The position numbers and the translations under genes were made by a program. 64,000 nt of DNA. It comes from Longimicrobiales bacterium (GTDB lineage Bacteria > Gemmatimonadota > Gemmatimonadetes > Longimicrobiales > Gaopeijiaceae). The stretch is from contig OZ220732.1 of assembly GCA_965116905.1 (NCBI GenBank), positions 2,112,001 to 2,176,000 of the forward strand. Direction: 5' to 3'. Below the pieces are notes generated by a model, which ran no database searches, was not told the DNA's origin, and was given only the letters and a program-made list of their open reading frames with translations. Below are positions 55,644 to 64,000 of this stretch, piece by piece. Each line of letters begins with the position of its first letter. Positions within the stretch are counted from its first letter, which is position 1.

Positions 55644-56021
55644 ATGAACGCTTGCGACTATGTCACAGTTCTGGACCGGCTCGAGGAGCGCGATCCCCGC
55701 TATCACCGGCTCGCGTACCATTTCCTGCTCGATGCGCTTCAGGCGGTGATCGCGGGGCTTGGCGAGCGGCGCCATATCTCCGGCGAGGAGCTGGCGGACG
55801 GTGCCCGGCGCCTCGCGATCGAGCGCTTTGGTCCCCTCGCACGAATGGTTCTGGAGCATTGGGGCATCCGTTCAACCGATGATCTCGGCAAGGTGGTGTT
55901 TGCCCTTGTCGAGGTCGGGGTGCTTACCAAGCAGGAGGAAGACCGGCAGGAGGATTTCGAGGCTCTCTTCGACTTCGAGGAAGCGTTCGACCACAACTAC
56001 CCCTGGACGGTAGCGCCATAG
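55644..56021 (+). CDS. Minf_1886-like protein of unknown function
   Basis: DPRY..AY.F, RHISGEEL, FGPLA..VL.HWGI.ST.D.G..VF pattern recalled for this family; upstream CTGGCG-N17-TAAAAT. Confidence 0.75.
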   Translation: MNACDYVTVLDRLEERDPRYHRLAYHFLLDALQAVIAGLGERRHISGEELADGARRLAIERFGPLARMVLEHWGIRSTDDLGKVVFALVEVGVLTKQEEDRQEDFEALFDFEEAFDHNYPWTVAP

Positions 56022-56131
56022 ATTAGCAGACGACCGTGCGGCGCCGGACCGGTCCCGGACAGGACGGCGGCCTCGCACATCACCCGAGAAGAGGCGCAAG
56101 CGTCTTGGCTTCTTCCACTTTTCCCGAGGGA

Positions 56132-56338
56132 ATGATGAACACGGTGGACGATGGCGGTTTTACCGCCTGCAAAAAGTGTGGCGACGGGGTGTTGCTCCCC
56201 ATGTCCGACTACGGACGTGACGGAGCGCCGATCCGCTACAAGGCCTGGGTGTGTTCGAATCCGGATTGCGGCTTCAATATCCGGATAGACAACGGCGAGA
56301 TCACCTTCGGCCGGTCGATCGGACAGAGCTACAAGTAG
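56132..56338 (+). CDS. Small putative zinc-finger protein (68 aa)
   Basis: CKKC ... CSNPDC, protein-like composition; fills the gap before nnr. Confidence 0.7.
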   Translation: MMNTVDDGGFTACKKCGDGVLLPMSDYGRDGAPIRYKAWVCSNPDCGFNIRIDNGEITFGRSIGQSYK

Positions 56339-56340
56339 CC

Positions 56341-57957
56341 GTGGACCCGGACGGCCTGCGGAGGCGGTTCGGGAAGGCGGTCGTGCGCGCGCCCACCGCG
56401 GCGGAGGCCGCTCGCTACGACCGGATCTCCATTGACCAGCGCGGGGTTCCCGAGGCCGCGCTCATGGAGAACGCGGGTCGGCAGGCAGCACTCATCGTCG
56501 ATCGGCTGTTCCCCAAGGGCCCTGTTGTTGCCCTGGTCGGCTCGGGGAACAATGGCGGAGATGCGCTCGTGTGCCTGCGCGCCCTGGCGGCCTGGGGCCG
56601 GAGCGTCTCCGCGGTGCGGGTCGGCAGCCGTCCCGACGCGGATCCGGTGTTGCATGGATGGGATCTGCCGACCTTCGTCTTCAATCCGGAGCAGCCCGGT
56701 GCGGGAGAGGCGCTTGCCGCCCGGCTGCAACGGGCGGCGGTCCTGGTCGACGGACTGCTGGGCACCGGGATCCGTGGGGCGCCCCGGCCGCTGCAGGCCG
56801 GCGCCATACGCGCGGCCAACCGGGCGCCGGGAGCCGTGGTCGCGCTGGACGCGCCTTCGGGTGTCGATGGAACCAGTGGCGGCGTTCCCGGCGCATCGAT
56901 CCGGGCGGACGTCACGATCGCGTTCGGATGGCCCAAGCTGGGCACGCTCCTGCATCCGGGACGACAGCGCTGCGGCCGCATCGTGGCGGTCGAGATCGGG
57001 TTCCCGCCGGTGGGCCGCGACGGGTGGGCGCAACTGATCACGCCCGCATGGGCGAGAGGGGTCCTCCCGAGCCGCACACCCGTCGCGCACAAGAACGCGG
57101 TGGGCGCCCTCGCGGTCGTGGCGGGGTCGGCGATGCCGGGAGCCGCCGTGCTGGCTGCGCGGTCGGCTTTCCGATGCGGGGCCGGGCTGGTGCGCGTGTG
57201 CGCCTCGTCCCCGGCGCGCGAGATCGTCGCGGAGGTGCCCGAGGCCATCTTCGTGGACGCGGGGGACCGGGACGCGCTCGGCGCGGCCATCGAGCAGTGC
57301 GATGCGGTCGCGCTCGGCCCCGGCATCGGCACGGGGACCGAGGCCGCGACGCAGCTGGAGATGGTCCTCGCGGCCCGCGCCGACCGCCCCGCGGTCATCG
57401 ACGCCGACGCGCTCACCCTTCTGGCCCGCGGGGCGGCCGGCGGTTCTGGCGCGGCGGGGGGTTCAGGCGCGCCCAGCGGTCCTGGCGCGGCCGCGACCGT
57501 GGTCACGCCCCATCCCGGCGAGATGGCGCGCCTCGTCGCGGCGTCGACCGCGGACGTGCAGGCGGACCGCGTGGGCACGGCAAGGCGCTTCGCCGCCTCG
57601 CACGGGACGGTGACCCTGCTGAAGGGCGCTCCGACGCTCGTGGCGGAGCCGGGCGGCGGCCTCCTCGTGAGCACACACGAGGCCCCGTCCGCGCTGGCGG
57701 TCGCCGGCATGGGCGATGTGCTTACCGGCGCGATCGGCGCCTACCTCGCCCAGGGAGCGGATCCCTGCGCGGCGGCCGGTCTGGCGCTCCACGTGACCGG
57801 TGCCGCGGCCTCGCGGGACGGCCGGGGCGCATCCCTCATGCCGTCGGACGTGGTCGAGGCGATCCCCGCGGCCCTGGCGGGCCTGTCGGACCCCGGCCGC
57901 GGCGACACGGATCTGCCGTTCCCGTTCATCACCTTCGACCAGCGCCAGCCGGCGTAG
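56341..57957 (+). CDS. nnr: Bifunctional NAD(P)H-hydrate epimerase/dehydratase
   Basis: LMENAG, GSGNNGGD, DAPSG, GPGIG, DADAL, TPHPGEM, AGMGDVL. Confidence 0.92.
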   Translation: MDPDGLRRRFGKAVVRAPTAAEAARYDRISIDQRGVPEAALMENAGRQAALIVDRLFPKGPVVALVGSGNNGGDALVCLRALAAWGRSVSAVRVGSRPDADPVLHGWDLPTFVFNPEQPGAGEALAARLQRAAVLVDGLLGTGIRGAPRPLQAGAIRAANRAPGAVVALDAPSGVDGTSGGVPGASIRADVTIAFGWPKLGTLLHPGRQRCGRIVAVEIGFPPVGRDGWAQLITPAWARGVLPSRTPVAHKNAVGALAVVAGSAMPGAAVLAARSAFRCGAGLVRVCASSPAREIVAEVPEAIFVDAGDRDALGAAIEQCDAVALGPGIGTGTEAATQLEMVLAARADRPAVIDADALTLLARGAAGGSGAAGGSGAPSGPGAAATVVTPHPGEMARLVAASTADVQADRVGTARRFAASHGTVTLLKGAPTLVAEPGGGLLVSTHEAPSALAVAGMGDVLTGAIGAYLAQGADPCAAAGLALHVTGAAASRDGRGASLMPSDVVEAIPAALAGLSDPGRGDTDLPFPFITFDQRQPA

Positions 57958-57963
57958 CAGCCC

Positions 57964-58919
57964 ATGATGACCGAGCGGGAACTCGTCGAGCGGCTGGCTG
58001 CCATCGGATGGAAGGGCAGCCGGGCGGTTCTCCTCGGTCCGGGCGACGATGCGGCCGTGCTTCGTGGCGGCTTCACCGTGTCGACCGACCTGGCCGTCGA
58101 GGGCGTCCACTTCCGGCTGGACTGGATCTCGGCCGCAGAGGCCGGGTTCCGGGCCGGCGCGGCCGCGCTCAGCGATCTCGCGGCGATGGGCGCGGCACCG
58201 CTGGCCCTCCTGGTGTCGATGGCCGTCCCGGGAGACGGGGGCCCCGCCGTCGCGCTTGACCTCCAGCGGGGCGTGCGGCGCGCCGGAGACCGGGTCGGAG
58301 TCGCGATCATCGGGGGCGATGTCAGCCGGTCGCCGGGGCCCGTGGTCCTCGACGTGGTCGCGGTCGGCAAGGGGGTCGGCTTCCCGTCGAGAGGAGGGGC
58401 CGAGCCGGCTCAGCAGCTTTGGGTGTCGGGTTCGCTGGGCGGGGCCGCGGCGGCGGTCGGCGCCTGGTCGGCAGGGAAGACGCCCGATCCTGCGGCCAGG
58501 AGCCGGTTCGCCGCGCCCCCGGACCGGGTCCCCCTCGGCAGGGCGCTGGCCGGAGGCGAAATCGCCCGTTCCATGATCGACCTTTCGGACGGCCTTGTCG
58601 CGGATGCCGGGCGCGTGGCGGCAATGTCCGGCGCGAGGATCTGCATACGCCGGCACCGCGTCCCGGCGGACCCGTGCACGGGGGGGGACTTGAACCTCGC
58701 CCTCATGGGGGGCGAAGATTATGAACTTATGTTTACGGTCGACCCAGGCACGGAACCCCGGATTCTGGCCCTCGGACAGGAGCTCTCGGTGCCTCTGACC
58801 CGGATTGGTGTGGTTGAAGCAGGGAGCGGCGTGGTCCTCGAGGACGAGCGGGGACGGCGCACGGACGCCGGAGATGTCGGCTTCGATCACTTCGCGACGC
58901 CTTCGCAGGACGGGCTGCC

Positions 58920-58923
<4 letters not shown>
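57964..58923 (+). CDS. thiL: Thiamine-monophosphate kinase
   Basis: GPGDDAA, SDLAAMGA, MIDLSDGL, GGEDYEL, GFDHF. Confidence 0.94.
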
Positions 58924-61296
<2,373 letters not shown>

Positions 61297-61321
61297 CGCG
61301 GCTGCTGCTCCTCCGCGGCTG

Positions 61322-62323
61322 CTACTCCTCCGCCTCCGCGGGCAACAGGGCTCCGGCGGTTTCGGCGGTTTCCCCGGCATCCTCCTCCGGCAAGTCGGTT
61401 CCCATGCCGAGGGCCCGCCTGGCGCCCTCCAGGAACCGCTGCGCGTCACCGGCGTCGAGGGCGTCCAGGACATCGGACGGGTCGGCCCCCAGACCCTCGA
61501 CCGCGGCCGCCGCCAGCGCCTTTGCGTCTTCGGTGGTGAGCTGTTGCGGGAAGCCGCCGCCGGGAACGCCGGTGGCCTTTTCGATGAAGGGCGCGAAGAG
61601 GTCGACGGGGACGGGGAACAGCGTCGTCGAGTTGTTCTCGGCGGCGACCTCGACGACCGTCTGCAGGAAGCGGAGCTGGAGCGCCACGGGGTGACGGGCG
61701 ATGACCTGGGCCGCCGCGGACAGCTTCCGCGACGCCTGGAACTCGCCCTCGGCCGCGATGACCTTCCCGCGGCGTTCCCGTTCGGCTTCGGCCTGCTTCG
61801 CCATCGCGCGCTTCATTTCCTTCGGAAGATCGATGTCCTTGATCTCGACGGCGGTCACTTCGATCCCCCACGGATCCGTCTCCAGGTCGATGATGCGGCG
61901 AACGATCTCGTTGATCCTTTCCCGCTGGGCAAGCAGTTCGTCGAGTTCGGACTGCCCCACGACGCTGCGCAGCGTGGTCTGGGCGATCTGGCTGGTCGCG
62001 AAGTAGTAGTCCTCGACCTCGACGACCGCCTTGGACGGGTCCACGACCCGGAAGTACACCACCGCGTTCACGGTGCAGCTCACGTTGTCCTTGGTGATCG
62101 TATCCTGCGGTGCGATGTCCAGCGCAATGATGCGCAGGTCCATCTTGCGCATGCGTTCGATTCCGTACGGCACCAGAAACACGATTCCGGGACCCTTCGC
62201 CCGGGTGAGCTTTCCGAGCCGGAAGACGACGCCCCGCTCGTATTCCCAGAGGATGCGAAGCGAACTCAGCAGGCCCACGAGGCCCAGCGTGGCGAGCGGT
62301 ATGAGCAGGAAACCGAAGTCCAT
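61322..62323 (-). CDS. SPFH/stomatin-like (slipin) membrane protein
   Basis: [46 protein letters not shown] on minus strand; acidic C-terminal tail. Confidence 0.92.
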   Translation of the reverse strand: MDFGFLLIPLATLGLVGLLSSLRILWEYERGVVFRLGKLTRAKGPGIVFLVPYGIERMRKMDLRIIALDIAPQDTITKDNVSCTVNAVVYFRVVDPSKAVVEVEDYYFATSQIAQTTLRSVVGQSELDELLAQRERINEIVRRIIDLETDPWGIEVTAVEIKDIDLPKEMKRAMAKQAEAERERRGKVIAAEGEFQASRKLSAAAQVIARHPVALQLRFLQTVVEVAAENNSTTLFPVPVDLFAPFIEKATGVPGGGFPQQLTTEDAKALAAAAVEGLGADPSDVLDALDAGDAQRFLEGARRALGMGTDLPEEDAGETAETAGALLPAEAEE

Positions 62324-62453
62324 CGGACATTCCTCCGGTGGGTTGCGGGTGTTCATCACCCGAAAGCGGGCGGCACCAGCGTGACGTTGGGGCCGCGCGG
62401 GGCCGGCGTGCGGGTTGGAGCCGGGGACTAAATAGGGGCCCCGACGACCCCGC

Positions 62454-62482
62454 TTGACAAGCCCTCCCGGCTCGCTGAGCTT
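62454..62482 (+). promoter_or_regulatory. Putative tRNA-Met promoter
   Basis: TTGACA-N17-GAGCTT, 10 nt upstream of the tRNA. Confidence 0.5.
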
Positions 62483-62492
62483 TGTTGCCGTC

Positions 62493-62566
62493 GCCGGAGT
62501 AGCTCAGTTGGTCAGAGCAGCGGAATCATAATCCGCGTGTCGGGGGTTCAAGTCCCTCCTCCGGCA
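62493..62566 (+). tRNA. tRNA with CAT anticodon, probably elongator tRNA-Met
   Basis: GCCGGAG/CTCCGGC acceptor with paired 1:72 (not initiator), GCGGA-ATCATAA-TCCGC anticodon arm; Ile2 not fully excluded. Confidence 0.9.
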
Positions 62567-62570
62567 CTGG

Positions 62571-64000
62571 ATGAACAACCCTTCCTCCCGTTCGTCGCTT
62601 CACCGGCGTATCGCGGTCGACACGCCCGAGCATGTGCGACTGGACTACGTGCTGGCCGACCTGGGATCCCGCGCGGCGGCCTTGGCCATCGATCTGGCCA
62701 TCCTCGTCGTTACGATCGCTCTGTTGCGTTTGGTGCTCGGCGAGGCCGGCGCGCTGGGCGAATGGGTGCGCGCGATTGGCGGGACGGTTCTGTTGTTTGC
62801 CCTCTTCTTCGCGCAGTGGGGGTATTTCCTCCTCTTCGAGGGGCTCGGCGGCGGACGCACCCCGGGCAAGCGCGTGGTCGGACTGCGGGTCATCCATGTC
62901 GGGGGCGAGCCGCTGTCGTTTCAGGGATCGGTGCTCCGCAATCTGATCCGGATTGTGGATCTGCAGCCGGCGGTGTCCGGGATGGCGGGCGCGGTGTCTA
63001 TCCTCGTCAACCGGCGGGCCCAGCGGCTGGGGGACCTGGTTGCGGGGACCATCGTGGTGCGCGATGCGGGCGGCAGCGAACTGCTTGGCGCCGACGCGCT
63101 GCCGCCGGGGCGCGTGGGACGGCCCGTGCTGTCGGTCGAGCAGTTCGAACTCCTCGCCGGGTACATGGCTCGGCGAGGGGAGCTGGACGCGGAGGTGCGC
63201 CGCCGTGTCGCCGCCTCGGTCGTCAAGCCGCTCGGCTTCGCGTTCCGGGACAGCGCCGATCACGCGGCACTCACCGTTGACGAACGGCTGGCCGCACTCT
63301 ACGAGGACGAAGCGCCCCGGCACGCGGCCCGGCGGGGCGGCGCCAGTCTGCAGGCTGCCGCGATGGCACGGGAACAGCGGGAGGAATGGGCCACCTATGT
63401 GGAGCTGGTGGAGAAGGGGCGCAAGCGCGGCCTGCCGAGCCTCACGGAAGACGAGGTCCGAGCCTTCGGGCAGTTGTACCGGGGCGTCACGGCGGATCTG
63501 GCGAGAGCGCGCACCTACGGGGCTTCCCCGGGCTTGCTGGCGACCGTCCAGCGGTGGGCGGGCGCGGGACACAACCTGCTCTACCGCGCGCGGGGCCGGG
63601 TGGCGGTGTCGCTGGGGCACTGGGTGGCGGTGGATTTCCCGCGCGCCGTGCGCCGTTTTCACCGGCCGGTCCTGCTGGCCGCGGTCCTGTTCTACGGGCC
63701 CCTTCTGGTGACGTACGCCGCCGTCCGAGACGACCCGCTTCTGGGCCGCAGGCTGGCCGGACCGGCAATGCTGACACGTGCGGAAAACACCGTGCAGGGC
63801 GACATCGACACGAGCTACCTGCCGGACGAGGTGGAAGCGACGGACATGCCGCTGTTCACTTCCTCGGTGATGACCAACAACATCGGCGTGACGTTCCTGG
63901 CCTTCGCGGGGGGCTTCCTGGCCGGCGCCGGGACACTGTACATACTGCTCGCCAACGCGGTCACGCTCGGCGCGGTGTTCGGAGTCTACGGGAACGGAGG
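62571..64000 (+). CDS. RDD-domain + SpoIIM-domain membrane protein (3' truncated by window end)
   Basis: Manual translation from ATG 62571 (not in ORF track, no stop in window): DTPEHV, ADLGSR, GRTPGKR, QRLGDLVAGT (RDD), then LYR...DLARARTY, HNLLY, MTNNIGV (SpoIIM). Confidence 0.82.
   Translation, partial: MNNPSSRSSLHRRIAVDTPEHVRLDYVLADLGSRAAALAIDLAILVVTIALLRLVLGEAGALGEWVRAIGGTVLLFALFFAQWGYFLLFEGLGGGRTPGKRVVGLRVIHVGGEPLSFQGSVLRNLIRIVDLQPAVSGMAGAVSILVNRRAQRLGDLVAGTIVVRDAGGSELLGADALPPGRVGRPVLSVEQFELLAGYMARRGELDAEVRRRVAASVVKPLGFAFRDSADHAALTVDERLAALYEDEAPRHAARRGGASLQAAAMAREQREEWATYVELVEKGRKRGLPSLTEDEVRAFGQLYRGVTADLARARTYGASPGLLATVQRWAGAGHNLLYRARGRVAVSLGHWVAVDFPRAVRRFHRPVLLAAVLFYGPLLVTYAAVRDDPLLGRRLAGPAMLTRAENTVQGDIDTSYLPDEVEATDMPLFTSSVMTNNIGVTFLAFAGGFLAGAGTLYILLANAVTLGAVFGVYGNG

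Noticed and set aside
62493..62570. tRNA-Met or the tRNA cluster as an island integration site
   Set aside because: No integrase, no duplicated tRNA 3' end and no compositional shift seen in the window

Overview
High-GC (roughly 68-70% by eye) bacterial core-chromosome segment, almost entirely + strand housekeeping genes. Gene order: phnP-like MBL hydrolase, pgi, ytxH, fsa/tal, smpB, pyrD, pyrF, cysS, four tRNAs (Thr-Tyr-Gly-Thr), tuf-secE-nusG-rplKAJL-rpoBC, prfA-prmC, ylbF-like gene, CDP-alcohol transferase, ino1, tmk, S41 protease, class 3 asparaginase, obgE, dprA, hemW, hrcA, dnaJ, yqeY, mutS2, dnaG, C4 zinc-ribbon gene, recJ, rsmD, coaD, pta, an STAS/RsbW/GAF-PP2C partner-switch module, rsmA, rex, a DEDDh exonuclease, thiolase-bioY-CPBP-hbd-acyl-CoA dehydrogenase, glyA, a Minf_1886-like gene, a small Zn-finger gene, nnr, thiL, plsC, eno, ftsB, SPFH (minus strand), tRNA-Met and a truncated RDD-SpoIIM fusion. 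The gene set and protein style suggest Gemmatimonadota (inference, not searched). I see no prophage, integrase, transposase or CRISPR array, and no clear-cut new multi-gene system. The most unusual signals are: (i) a composite intergenic region at 40389-40706 holding a 59-bp dispersed repeat (second copy at 45036-45094), an AT-rich dif/XerD-like site and a long hairpin; (ii) a perfect Rex operator overlapping the rex start codon; (iii) a tuf gene with sharply aberrant G-ending codon usage; (iv) an ino1 + CDP-alcohol transferase inositol module; (v) a DnaG lacking its zinc ligands; (vi) a large RpoB insertion; (vii) short tandem duplications at gene ends. All product calls come from recognising motifs by eye; start codons are best guesses.
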